Part shown: positions 1-12,919 of the stretch, piece after piece | How the letters are laid out: every line of letters begins with the position of its first letter | Numbering within the stretch: position 1 is the first letter of the stretch | Source: Octopus vulgaris | Taxonomy: Eukaryota | Reading direction: 5' to 3' | Length of the DNA: 64,000 nucleotides | Assembly: GCA_951406725.2 (NCBI GenBank) | Contig: OX597823.1 | Coordinates: 42,470,001-42,534,000, forward strand | Made by a program: the position numbers and the translations under genes | The notes under the pieces: generated by a model | What the model saw: only the letters and a program-made list of their open reading frames with translations | Databases searched by the model: none | What the model was told of the DNA's origin: nothing

Positions 1-129
1 GAGCAATCCTATATGTAAAACCAAAATTAATCAGAAATGATAAACGATAACACCAATATAAATTTATAGAAAATGAGATGATAATTATACTACATAACAA
101 TAATACTAATAATAATTACTTTTATTTGC

Positions 130-412
130 TAGTGAGGCATCAAGTGGGGTATACAAAGACTGTACAGTTTCTGTGGAGGTTTACATAAACAATGAGGGAA
201 AGAAAATGTCAAAAGAGAGGACAAAGAAGGACAGACAAACGGATTAAGTCAATTATATCGACCCCAGTGCATAACTGGTACTTATTTAATCGACCCCAAA
301 AGGATGAAAGGCAAAGTTGGCCTCGGCAGAATTTGAACTCAAAACGTAGCAGCAGACGAAATACCACTAAGCATTTCGCCCGGTGTGCTAACGTTTCTGC
401 CAGCTCACCACC
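130..412 (-). mobile_element. tRNA-derived SINE (family A), near full length
   Basis: Reverse complement of the + copy at 28003-28230 (gagctggcagaaacgttagca...gagttcaaatt...gcctttcatcct...ggggtcga); A/B-box-like head. Confidence 0.8.
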
Positions 413-852
413 AATCGAGCACTGGAGTTGATGTAATCAACTTAACCACTCCCCTGTAAATTGCTGACCATGTGCCAAAATTTGAAACCAGTATTAGCAG
501 AATCATTACCATTTCAGACAAAATGCTTAGTGATATTTCTTCTGGCATTTTATATTCTGAGTTGAAATCTTGTCATGGTCATCTTTGCTTACCATCTGTT
601 TGAAAGCAATAAAATAAAGCATTACCGATGTACTGGAGTCAATGTAATCAACTAACCATCCCCACAAAAATTGCTGAAATATATTGAAATATTGTCTTGC
701 TTGGAAACAAGTGAGTATTGGTGACAGAAAGGGTATCCAGGTTTAGAAAATCTAACTTTCCCTTCATCAAACCTGTCTGATTTGCAAGAATGGAAAATAT
801 GAATGTTATTATGATGATAATGATGAGAAGGGGAGAAGTAGGAAGAGAAAGA

Positions 853-865
853 GGTGTGTGTGTTT

Positions 866-958
<93 letters not shown>
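853..958. repeat. (GT)n/(GA)n compound microsatellite
   Basis: Directly visible. Confidence 0.95.
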
Positions 959-960
<2 letters not shown>

Positions 961-1531
961 GCAATTTGCATCATGTTAAAGTGATGATAACCATTTAAAA
1001 CAAACTTATAACATTACATTCACTAAATTGAATACAATGTTTGTATTTATATTTCAATGAGTCTCAGGATGCTTGTATAATGCAATTGTCTCAGTTTTGG
1101 CATAACTGAATCTCAAAACAAACCAAAACAGTAACACTTTACTATATATGTAAGTTCCAAAAACATAATTAAAGCACAAACAAATGGAAACCAGGCACAG
1201 AAGGTTACCAAATCCTCAACAGTTATTGGTCACCATTTTAGTACCAGCAAAAAAAAAAAAAAATGGAAGATGTGTATGTATTTGAATTTTTCTTGTTATA
1301 TATCACATTTAAACACAGACATTTTTATTCTGATGTTTAATCTTATATCTCACGATTTTACATGATTGATATATATGCTAATTCATATTTATAATGTATA
1401 ATTTATAAATTTTAATTCTTAGTATCACAAAGTATAATTTTTATTCTTAAATTTTTAATTCGTAATTTTTAATCATTAATGCTTAATTGTATTAAAGGGA
1501 TGTAAAATTAGATATATAATATTTTGAAATA

Positions 1532-1663
1532 GAACCTGAAGATGTGTTGGAATAATTGTAAATCTGACGATTGCATATATGTATTTATGTATGTATATAT
1601 GGGTATACAGTCGTGTATACGTATATATATTGTAATCTTCCAATACTGAAAGACGTGTAGTTC
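1532..1663 (+). ncRNA. Type I hammerhead ribozyme motif with very long stem II (slightly decayed)
   Basis: gaac-CTGAAGA-(t)gtgttggaa...ttccaatac(t)-GAAA-gacgtg-TA-gttc. Stem I gaac/gttc; stem II gtgttggaa/ttccaatac; stem III one change from palindromic cacgtg. Confidence 0.7.
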
Positions 1664-2199
1664 CTTCATATTTAACAAATATAAAGATTAACTAATGTAT
1701 GATATAATTAATGAAGTACATTATTTCGTGATGTGCAAACTGATACCATGAGTTTACTGTAACATATATTCATTAGGTTATTTTTGTATTATCTGAAATA
1801 GAATTACCGCAGATTGGTTAATCCCCCAAAATTGAATATTGACTTTTATCAGATACTTTGTATATTTATAGATAAATATATAAATATATAATAAATAGGA
1901 CCCTAAAGTACAATATGTAGATGCATATAATGCTGTAGGGTTACACCTGATTGATTTGGAAATTTGTTTTCCCAAATTATTTATATCATATATAAATATA
2001 CACACACACATACATCACAACATTTATATAATATAGATAGATACATACATACAAAGACACACACACACAATTGTATATATATATTCCTAATGGACCCAAA
2101 CAAGTGACTGGCTATCAGCATCGAACAGCAATATGATAGAAAATAAGTTAAAGATACAAAGGCAAGGAAAACCCTTGGACCTTCATGAATCATAAGAAA

Positions 2200-2858
2200 G
2201 GTGCTTAAAATTTCTGCTAGAGTAGGATATGGTCTAGTCACCTGTATACTCAACGAGGTGCTTCAGGAAGATATCATATCCAATGACTGGTGTAGTAGCA
2301 TTATAGTTATCTGCTACAAGGATAAAGAACGTGCCATAGATAGAAACAATTACATGTCATGAAAGTTACAGAGAGATTTATGGCCTAATTGATTAGAACT
2401 TTGAGAAAACCTTTTGCAGTGTCTCTCGCTCTATTAATCTGGTGGTCTCCAAGGAAGTTAGGAGTAGATGAATGACTTGTTAGAGCCACACAAGCCATGT
2501 ATAGGGGTGATGTCAGTAGGGTGAATGTTGGCCTTGAGTATTGTAATGAATTTAGTGTACAATTAAGGGTTCACCAGGGCCCAGTTCACAGTCCATTCTT
2601 ATTCATCATAGTCCTCCAGGCCATAACAGGACACTTTCACACTGGCTGCTCATTGAAGCTACTATACATTGATGACCTTCGTCTTGTGGAATCTGTAGCA
2701 GAAGTGGAAACAAATTCCAGGAATGGATGTAAAACAATGGAGTAAAAGAGCTTTAAAGTTAACATTACAAAAACAAAATCTATAGTTAGCAAGAAAGCAG
2801 ATAAGACTCTCTTTCCACCAGGTAAATGACCTTGCTCACTATATAGGAAAAGTGTTTG

Positions 2859-2860
<2 letters not shown>
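2200..2860 (+). mobile_element. Decayed RTE-clade LINE reverse transcriptase fragment
   Basis: Translations NDWCSSIIVICYKDK..DRNNY and VHQGPVHSPFLFIIVLQAI..TGCSLKLLYIDDL match RT QGS-LSP and YADD motifs; stops and frameshifts present. Confidence 0.85.

Positions 2861-2861
<1 letters not shown>

Positions 2862-2930
<69 letters not shown>
2862..2930. repeat. (TA)n microsatellite
   Basis: Directly visible. Confidence 0.95.
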
Positions 2931-2932
<2 letters not shown>

Positions 2933-3120
2933 AAATTGTACTTAAAATTAGAGCTTATGTAGGAGACTTTAAGGTGTAATATCCAAACCTTGTAATGGGA
3001 ATGTCTCTTGTGGTGTGCCTACAGAGCACGTTCCCCACTTACAGCTATCAGATGTCATCTGGAGTAGTGCACTTCCATTGCTGGATATACATAAGGAATT
3101 CCTTGGTGCTTGTTGAGTGT

Positions 3121-3806
3121 ATTCTAAATGATTAATACCGAAGACAAAGTGTACTGGAAGCTTTATTTAGGACAAAGATCATTTTGGCTTACTTCTGCAC
3201 TGCTTCCCAGTGGGTGAGGAATGAGGTAATGGAATCAAATGCACTCTATATTGCAGAAGAAACCTCCTCAGGCCACATAAAGCAGTTTAGTGCTATAAGA
3301 TATACATTTCACTGATATGTGTGGTAAGATATGTTAGTAGTTCACCAATGGATTAATGAGGTAGGATTTGTGGTGTATATTTAGTGGGTGATTGTTAAAG
3401 AATGTGAGAAAATAAATGTAAAAAATTGATGCAATAGCCAGAATGGTTTTTTAACGAAAAGGGTTCCTCCAAAACCCATTCTGACCATTCCAACTATTCT
3501 TTATATTTATTTTTTGTCTTCTTTACAATTTCCTAAATATACACTAGAAATCCTGCCTCTAAGGGTGAACTACTAACATGCATATGATACCAACATATCT
3601 TGCCACACATATCAGTGACATGTACATCTTATAGCACTTAACTGCTTAATGTGACCTGAGGAAGTTTCTTCTGCAATATGAGGTGCATTCGATTCCATTA
3701 CATCATTCCCCACCCACTAGGATGCAGTGCAGAAGTAAGCTGAAACGATAGTTGTCCTAAATAAAGTATCCAGTATACTCTGTCTTTGATATTAATCATT
3801 TAGAAT
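3121..3806. repeat. Fold-back element: ~225-240 bp imperfect inverted arms (3121-3346, 3564-3806), one HHR motif per arm
   Basis: attctaaatgattaata...ttagtagttcacc is the reverse complement of ggtgaactactaa...tattaatcatttagaat. HHR on + at 3653-3756 and on - at 3171-3274. Confidence 0.85.
3653..3756 (+). ncRNA. Type I hammerhead motif (right arm of fold-back)
   Basis: gac-CTGAGGA-agtttcttctgca...tgcagaagtaagct-GAAA-cgatag-TT-gtc, followed by AATAAA. Confidence 0.65.
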
Positions 3807-3837
3807 GTGTGTGTGTGTGTATGCATACATACATACA

Positions 3838-3869
<32 letters not shown>

Positions 3870-4358
3870 CATGGATGAAATATATAAATACATACAAGAA
3901 CAGACAGGCATATAACATTTATGTTATGTGTGCGTTTGCCTACATATATATTTGTGCGTATAGTTGTGCATATACTTAAGGAGTGGGATGTGATCAACAT
4001 TTCAACCATTATTGCAAATTATCTCTAATTATTTAATGAAAGACAATCATTAATATAAAGAGATCAGTTGCATTATTAAATAAAACTTGCTGAGCCACAG
4101 GAAACAAGTAATAACTAATGGTGGAAGTTGTTTTGTTTATGTTTAGATTTCAATAATGGCTCATTTGCAATAAAAACTGCAATTAAATCTAAGAACACTA
4201 AACTTAAAGGAAATTTAGAAATTTCGGATGAATTCGAATGTGGTGGGGGAAAAGCAGAAGATGGCATTTCAAGTTTGACCCTTTGTTTTACACATGCACA
4301 TGCAAACACACACACACACACACACTCACATACATACATACATACATACATACATACA

Positions 4359-4420
<62 letters not shown>

Positions 4421-4439
4421 CATTATCATATTATAATCA

Positions 4440-5175
4440 TCATCATTCTCATTGTGATCAACATTAGCATTTAACATCTGTTTTCCATACTGGCATAGTG
4501 TCTACAGTTGGATGCCTTTCTTAATGCCAACCCTTTTACAGTGTTTAATGAGTGCTTTTTTTTGTGACACTGACCACATTTTTGTCACACTGGCACTAGT
4601 GGGGTTACCAAGTAGCTCACAAGTCAAAGAAAATGGCCTGTCAACTTACTGAGGTTGTAGTAGAGAAGATATGGGCGAAACAAACTGAGGAAGACCTGAA
4701 ATCACAGCACCGTGACCTCAACGCTGCGAAGGCCAACGCCATGGATCAGTAAGCATGGAATAACATTATCGCCTGAGTCCATCATCCAGTGGCACCCATA
4801 GTAGCATATTGATTGAAAAGACAGCCTCCCCTTCTAGACATCAGTTAGGGAATAAAGATGAAGTAGAGACATTTGTTTCTTTGTCGATATGAGTGTGTGT
4901 ATATATTTATCATGATTAACATTTAACATCCGTTTTCAATGCTGGGATGGGTTGGACAGCTTGACTGGAGCTGGAAGGGCCATAGGCCACACCAGGTTTC
5001 ATAGTCTGTTTTAGCTTGGCTTATACAGCTGGATACCCTTCCTAATGCCAACTACTTTATAGAGTGTACTGGATGCTTTTAACTTGGCACCATCACCAAC
5101 ATTTAAGGGACACCAGAATCAGTGCTTTTTCCATGACACCAACACCAATACCAAAGCTTTTTATGTGACACCACA
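4440..5175 (-). mobile_element. Two decayed copies of a (CAT)n-tailed SINE-like repeat (family C)
   Basis: tttaacatc(c/t)gttttc...ggat(g/a)cc(c/t)ttc(c/t)taatgccaa at ~4470 and ~4920; same family as 46830-47310. Confidence 0.65.
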
Positions 5176-5754
5176 ATTTCCATTGTCCTGGGTAGGCTTT
5201 CTTGAGTACTACAACGTGCCACATATCTCAGTTCTAATATGACAGTTTCCACCCTTTCTATAGTATATCTACGTTAAGTATGATATACAGAATGCTAAAT
5301 TTGAACTAATACTGCTTTGTAACAAGTTTTTCATCCAGCCTGACAGCAAAATTGCAACATCAGTAATTTGTTAATTATTGTTTTTCCATGTCAGTGTAGG
5401 CTAGATTTGTCTTAGCACATGGTTGCTAGAGGATGCTTGCTATTGATGATGTTAAGTGAAGTAGAAATGCATATTTATCAACTCCACCACCACTGCTAGA
5501 CACGTTTTGTTTGCTACTGAAATTTTATTGTGTTTTTAGCACTATATATACATTTATACAACATGCTTTCTCAAGATGAATATCATAGATTCCAGATTTC
5601 TACAATATATCTGCATTAAGTATGATATACATAATGCTGGCTTAGAAGAGAACTTAGAAAATTGAGGAAATAGAAGGTGAAAAGAAGGTGGCCAGCAAGC
5701 CTCTACTGACAATCAACCCCTGTATCTCTCAAATTCTGGCATATATATATTTAT

Positions 5755-6205
5755 ATCTTTTATATTTTACTTGTTTCAGTCATTAGACTGCAACCATGCT
5801 GGGATACACCTTGAAGAATCTTAATAGAGCGAATTGACCATGGTACTTATTTAAAAAAAAATCTGGTACTTATTCTATCAGTCTCTTTTACTGAAGCACT
5901 AAGTTACCGTAGATGTAAACACACCAACACTGGCTGTCAAGTAGTGGTGAGGGATAAACAAAAACACAAAGACACATACAAATATATATATATATATATA
6001 CACATATATACATATATACACATATATACATATACATATATATTTGATGGGATCCTTTGAGTTTCCAACTACCAAATCCACTTACAAACTTTTATTTGGC
6101 CTGAAGTCATAGAAGACACTTGCCCAAGGCGTCATGCATTGAGACTAATTCTGGAACTATGAGGTTGGGAAACAAACTCTTTACCACAGAGCTACACCTG
6201 CACCT
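5755..6205 (-). mobile_element. CORE-like tRNA SINE (family B)
   Basis: Reverse complement of 9249-9665 (gaagacacttgcccaagg; ttttacttgtttcagtcatt). Confidence 0.8.
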
Positions 6206-6224
6206 ATGTAGATATGTATAATAT

Positions 6225-6545
6225 TTGTCATTATCATCTTCATTTAATGTCTATTTTCCATCCTGGCATGAGTTGGATGGTTTGACAGGACTTGGTAAGC
6301 CTAGGGACTGTGCTAAGCTCTACTATTTGCTTTGGCATGATTTTTACACTTGTATACTCTTCCTAACGCCAGCCCATTTACATAATGTGCTGGGTGTGTT
6401 TTATGTGACACCAGTTCTGGTGTGGTCTGCAGTGGAATGGTTTTTTAGCTGGATGCCCTTCCTAACACCAACCATTTACAGAGTGGATCGGGTATGGTTT
6501 ATATGTCAACGACACCAGCAAGGTTACCACATACCATGCAAGACA
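6225..6545 (-). mobile_element. SINE-like repeat family C
   Basis: tttaatgtctattttccatcctggcatgagttggatgg...gctggatgcccttcctaac. Confidence 0.6.
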
Positions 6546-6949
6546 AAGATTCCTCAATCGAGGAGAGGAATGTTGAAGGAAGTGGCTTTGTGCTAGGGCA
6601 TACTCCCAGGTTTCAAGGGCATGACTATGAATGGAATGGTAAAGGATTGCTCAGGGTGCATGAGTAGGGTGTTCATGAAGGTACCAAAGGAGAGAAGGGG
6701 TGAGGGAAAGGAGGGAATGTTGTGAGTGGTGAAACACAAGTATATAAAGGAGCAATGAGATATCGGAGTGATACTGCTAGCAGAGGGGGGACAAGAGAGA
6801 AAGATTATAGAGCAGTGTTAGGCTGCAAGAGTCGGGATAAAAGAAGAGTATATTTATATATATATATAGAAGTGATGGAATTTGGTACATTAAGGTAGAG
6901 TGTGTGAATTAATGTTATATATGGGTGGAATGCAATGTGCTATCAGAAC

Positions 6950-7385
6950 ACAGTTTTGCTGAGGTGGGCAGATCCTCTGAAGAATGTTATATCACCAGAT
7001 ATCTCACTCCACTGTAATTTCCGCTGTGACACTTAGCATCTTGAAATCAGCCCCCATTACTTCATTCCATGTCTTTTTGGGTCTTCCTCTTCTGAGGGTG
7101 CCATGCATTTTAAGTGATCAGCACTTTTTATACAACTTTCTTCATTCATGTGTATCATGCGTCTATATCAAGGTAGTATCAACATCATATATTTTGCATA
7201 GTACATCAGATTCTTCTTATGTCCAGTTTTTCTCTCAGCTTTTTTGCTTTTTCTTGTACATGTACACTGATGCTGCACATCCATTGGATCATGCAGCTTT
7301 CATTCCTCTCCAGTCTTTGCATGTCCTGTATATTCAGGACTCATGTCTCACTGCCATGGAGCATAGCCATTCATACACAAGCATC
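6950..7385 (-). mobile_element. RTE-clade LINE 3' coding relic
   Basis: Minus frame MLHGSET*VLNIQDMQRLERNESCMIQWMCSISV..LREKLDIR matches the RTE C-terminal region. Confidence 0.75.
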
Positions 7386-7495
7386 ATAAATTATATATAA
7401 TATATACCATATATATAATATGATATATATATATATATATATATGTTTATATATAGATATGCTTTATATACATATGTGTATAAACATATGAATAC

Positions 7496-7526
<31 letters not shown>

Positions 7527-7531
7527 GATAT

Positions 7532-7580
<49 letters not shown>

Positions 7581-8352
7581 AATAGAGGAAGAGAGAGTGG
7601 TTTCTCTCATCTGAGAAAGAAAATATTCCCTAAGAGAGAACAAATATGTTTAAAAACTGAATCTAAGAAGAATCAGCTAAGTGTAAGAAAGAAGTCTACT
7701 TTGGTAAGGGCATATGATGTGTATAAATGTGTTTGTATACTGATGTGCATGAGAATGTGCATATAGATATACACACATACACACATGCACACAAATATAT
7801 ATATATAAAGAAAGAGAGAGAGGTAAATAGATAGATAGGTATTGTTTACATTTAGAATATATATGTTGGAGTATTGAAAAATAGGTAAATAAATCATTTG
7901 ACAATATATCTTGAAGCAAATACAGCTATTAATAAAAGCTTGCAATATATTTGGTTAAAATCCCCTTTGAGGGATAGAGGGTCGAAGGCTACAAACGTTG
8001 CTGCTAATTAGATCACCTGGGTAACAGAGGCCATCGTGTGTTTGAAGTGGATAAAATTAGGAAGTAGAAAAATAGACATTATTAAAACTTTTTTTTTATC
8101 AATATTTTCGTATCAGTAAACAAACATCTCTGTTCAATCATATTAAGCCAAAAATGAAATTAAGAGACATGACCTCACCTTAAAAAATTGTTGAACTCAG
8201 TTGCATGCAAATTCACCACGCACACATGCATTTCCTTACATAGTACATTTATACATACATACATACATATGTATGTGTGTATATGTGTATATATATATGT
8301 ATATACATACATACATACATACACACACACACATATATATACATACATACAT

Positions 8353-8385
<33 letters not shown>

Positions 8386-9248
8386 CATACACACACATAT
8401 ATGTATGCACATATACGTACAGCCCACCCATAGACACTTATGCACAGAATATTAGAGATAAAAATCAAAGTTTTTGTACTGGACTTATTCAACTTGACAG
8501 GAAGCCAACCTAATCTTGTAAACTACAATAATGTTTCATATTAAATATTATTAATTGCCTCCTTGTTGATTCAAAACACAGACACCAGCTGTACGGAATG
8601 TTAATCACTGACCAAACAAGCCGCTGGAAAGAGGCGGACTGTGGCCATTTTTAATCCCCCCACTCAGAGTGTGTCTATCATTTGGTTGCTTTCATTCAAA
8701 TGAGTTCTCTATGTATTTGAGAAAAACACAAGAAAATCTATTCGGTTGCTACAGTCATGTTTGAATAGATATTTACCACTAATCCTGACCAGACAGTCAG
8801 ATAAAAGATGCAAAGAATTCATTTCTCATTTTCATTTATTCAAATCTCTCTTTCCATCACTGTCCATCTCCCCATCTCCCCATCTCTCCCTCCCTCCCTC
8901 CCTCCCTTCCTCCCTCTCTCTCTGATTAAAAGATAATCCCCCCATCTTGCTCTGAGTTAAACTATAAATCTGTAGAAGAAATTTTCAATTACAATTAGAA
9001 TTACAAAATGTATTGTATATAAAATGCTGATTAGTAGAAAACTTGTTTTGAATTTGACAAATATAGCAATTATATTTGGCTCTAGCAAACACACGAAATG
9101 TTATATGCTTCTAAAAAGATATGATCTCATAAATTGTATATAATTGATTCAATATACGTATATAATACTCTATATAAATGATCTATGTAATTGCTCTGAT
9201 AGGCATAGGTGTGGCTGTATTGTATGAGATGCTATCAAAAGGTTCCCA

Positions 9249-9665
9249 GGTGCAGGAGTGGCTGTGTGGTAAGTAGCTTGCTTACCAACTACATGGTTCT
9301 GGGTTCAGTCCCACTGTGTGGCACCTTGGGCAAGTGTCTTCTACTATAGCCTCGGGCTGACCAAAGCCATGTGAGTGGATTTGGTAGGCGGAAACCGAAA
9401 GAAGCCCGTCGTATATATGTATATTTTTGTATGTGTGTATATGTTTGTGTGTCTGTTTTTGCCCCCCCCCCCCCAACATCGCTTGACAACCGGTGCTGGT
9501 GTGTTTATGCCCCCGTAACTTAGCGGTTCAGCAAAAGAGACCGATAGAATAAGTACTAGGCTTACAAAGAATAAGTTCTGGGGTCGATTTGCTCGACTAA
9601 AGGCGGTGCTCCAGTATGGCCGCAGTCAAATGACTGAAACATGTAAAAGAACTAAAAAGAAGAAG
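9249..9665 (+). mobile_element. CORE-like tRNA SINE (family B), near full length
   Basis: tggctgtgtggtaag (A box), gggttcagtccca (B box), CORE-like ccttgggcaagtgtctt, internal (TA/TG)n, tail gactgaaacatgtaaaaga. Confidence 0.85.
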
Positions 9666-9669
9666 ACTA

Positions 9670-9900
9670 GTTCTGTAGTGTGCCAACAGATAGCAGCACA
9701 AGATTGTGTGTGTAGTGAGAGCTAGCAGTGACCTTCATGAGGCAGTGAGCCAAGTGACATCACTGTGTTTACATCACAAGATGGGAAATTGGGGATTTTT
9801 TGATCACATGTATGCAGATGTGTGTGATTTTGTCATAGCCAGGAAGTTGGAACAAAGAGTCAAATTGAAATTTTGCATTAAACTTGGGAAGTCTGGTACA
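9670..9900 (+). mobile_element. mariner 5' fragment (transposase N-terminus)
   Basis: KLEQRVKLKFCIKLGKSGT matches the mariner EQRxxIKFCxKLGKSATE start; truncated. Confidence 0.7.
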
Positions 9901-9929
9901 AATATATATGTGTTTCTTAGTGATGTTAT

Positions 9930-12539
9930 TTCAAGAGTTCATGCAGCTTTATACTGAATACGTGGGCAACCAAGTCCGGTCTATCTGATGAAGTTTGGCC
10001 TGGAAGTAAATTTTCTCTAACTTCTTGCCAATTAGGATTGCAGGTTACTGTGAGGAAGATATCAGGAGGACCATATATGTGCACAATAGTCATGGCATCT
10101 TAATAGTGCTCATGCATATTCCTAGGAGAACATTGAAATGATGAAGGCAAGATAACTGTGTGTCCTATTCGAGCATTTGCAGCATTAACAGCATTCTGTA
10201 AATGATTGGCAAGACCATGGTATTCTACTGCTTTTAACTTGTGTTAATGATTCTTCCCAAAATCTATATTGTTACCTTCGACTTGCAGGTAAGAGTCTAA
10301 TGCCCATTACTGGAAGAGATTGCATCCATGAATAACTGGGTTGAATTCACCATCTCTAACTGCTGTAAGAGACATTATATGTTGGAACAATGTAACAGTT
10401 TGCTTCGAGTTTGCTCTATTTTTGTTACCAATCATATGTGGTTGCCAGCCTGGTTCTCCGTATGGAAAGAACAATACATATGTCATTGGGTCGAGGTTGG
10501 GGCTAAGAATGTTCAAACTGATCATATGAACTTCATTGTTTCTTGGGTAAACTTTGAAATCTCTGTTGAATGGTGGCTTGCCATCAGTATTGCTGAAGAC
10601 CATAGCTATTTCATTAGCTGATGGTAAATTGTATTTCCACCTATCAGCAATGCATTTCCTGTTGAAGACTAAATTTACGACAGACATAGGCCTCTGTTCC
10701 TGTTGAGGATGCTGTTTCTCGTGCAATTCTACTTCTCGTGATGTCCTGTAAGATGCAGCATAGACATTGTTCGCTCTGATAATCTCATCAAATCTGTGCA
10801 TCACCTCAGGTGTACATCTTTCATTTGCTGCATTCTGAGCCCGCACTGTGGTGGCTTGAACGCTGTCAACAACATACTGTTGTGCAAATTATTTGTGGTA
10901 GCCCTCAACAGGATGCATGTGCAAAGTCCTGTGATAAACGTGGCCATGACCTCTGAAGCAGAAAGGACCTCATCCTTCTGGGTCATCAATGTGAACACCC
11001 ATTGATGTGAAAGATTGAGCAGAGTTGTATGACCTTATGTTTTCCTTGAAGTTAACATAATGTGGATGTTGAAGGTCTGACAACAGAGATTGTAAGTATG
11101 GAGGAAAGTCTCTTTTAACTGAAGGCAGGACTTACCCTTTATGGCAGCAACTGTTAAAGCACCCGTCTGATGGTCACTCTGAAGCAAAATGTTTGGCTCT
11201 ACAAAACTGACACAATGTGTTCATATCACCACAATTACGAACTGGAACAGTCTCTTCATTATAAGTATGATTATTTACTAAATTTACAAGATTTCCAACT
11301 CTTCATGCAACTCTCATTGCATTCGCATTCAGCTGCCTTCGATTATTTCACTGTTCTTCCATTTCAGTATTAATTAATTCTTCCATTCTTCTCCTCATTC
11401 ACTCTCTGGAATCATTTACTTCTGCTTCAGTTTCATTTTCTGGTCTTAGTCTCTCTCTCTCTCTATCTTAAACCTTCTCTCCCCTCTGCTGCCTGCTTTT
11501 CCATTTCACCTTGGTGCCTTTGCAATGTTCTCTCTCTTTCAATTTCTCTCCTTTGGGCTGCTTGCTATTCAGTTTCATCTTGTCACCTCTGTGATGCTCT
11601 CATTCTTAGATCTTCTCTCTTCTCTACTACTTGCTCTTCTGCTTCATCTTGGCGCCTTTGTGATACACTTATTATTAGATCCCTCCTCTCAGCTGTTTGC
11701 TCTTCTGTTGCACCTTGGCACCTTTGTGAGGATTTCATTCTTAGATCTTCTCTTCTCTCTACTGCTTGCTGTTCTGTTTCATCCTGGTGCTTTTGTGCTG
11801 CTCTCTGTCTTTGGATATCTCTCCTTTGTGCAATGAAGTTCTCCTTTTTATTTTGATGTCTTCAAGTCTGTCATCTTGCATCATGTGCTCTTCTCTCTTG
11901 TCTCATTTCTTGTGATTGATTTAATAATACTTTTTTTAATCTTCTATTTTGTAATCTTCTTGCTTCCAGTTCTTTCTGAGTGAGACTGGCTATTCTTCGC
12001 CTTTGTCTCACTCTTGCTAATAGTCACCTTCTGCCTGTTTCATTGTCCATAGCAGAAGGAAAAGTATCAGTGAATGGATAACAAACACTACATACCATAA
12101 ATAAGTTATGAGAGTACGGATGACTAAAAATATCAGTGAACTGATAACAAACACGGTGTTTAGGGTTAGGGTTAGGGTTATGCCAAAATTGGATGGTATG
12201 TGTATTCTTTACCCCTGCCAACAAACACAATATACAGTAAATATATACACACATTGGAACTGAAATATTAGAGAAAATGATCTTTGTAAAATGTAAACAA
12301 AGCATTTCGCCTGTGAAATGAGAACCTTTTGCAAGCAATACTCGTTTTGCCACTTCTCCTCTCTCTCATTGCTATCACTTTCTCTCACTCCCTCTTAGTC
12401 ATGGCTATTACTCTCACTACTTCTCCTTCACTGAATTACTATTTATTTTCTCTCCTCTCCCTTCACTTATATTACTCTTTCCCTTACTCCCACCAACTGT
12501 GTAATTTTGGACAAATGTATATACATATGTATATATAGA
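9930..12539 (-). mobile_element. Decayed Helitron, N-terminal RepHel region, 3'-truncated
   Basis: Minus-strand motifs CCHKGKV, NIRSYN, YNLPSANEIAMVF, LDPMTYVLFFPYGEPGW, VILPSSFQCSPRNM, PDIFLTVTCNPNWQE, DRPDLVAHVF. Candidate 5' end A|TCTATATA at 12539. Helicase part absent. Confidence 0.9.
11562..11810 (-). repeat. In-frame 66-69 bp tandem repeat encoding 22-23 aa ETEEQ..ERRE units (STPR-like) in the Helitron N-terminus
   Basis: Units start 11562, 11631, 11697, 11766; minus translation DETEQQAVERREDLRMKSSQRCQGATEEQTAERR...DEAEEQVVEKREDLRMRASQR. Confidence 0.7.
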
Positions 12540-12919
12540 TATTGGCCTGCTCACTTAGCCAGCGGGGTGGCGTCATTCGAAGGCTAAAACAATGCGAACG
12601 CATTGTGACCAGCGATGTGTAACTACATCTGATGGACTGGTCGGTCACATGATATACAGATATAGATATAGATGTATAAAAACACAATACTCATTATCAT
12701 ATTAGATCGTGAGCCTGATGCTCTAACCACTGAGCCATGAGCCTTCATTTAACACCCATTTGTCATGCTAGCATGAGTTAGATGCTTTAACAGGTTCCAT
12801 CAAGCTTCAAGGCTGCACTTAGCTCCAGTGCCAAGCCATGACATGTTTTCTACAGCTGGTTGTCGTTCATAATTCCCCAATGTCTTGTATATATATAAAA
12901 AAAATTAATCAACTTTCCT

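Noticed and set aside
9985-10020. CTGATGA as a hammerhead core
   Set aside because: No matching stems or GAAA; it is the antisense of Helitron coding sequence (GQTSSDRPD).
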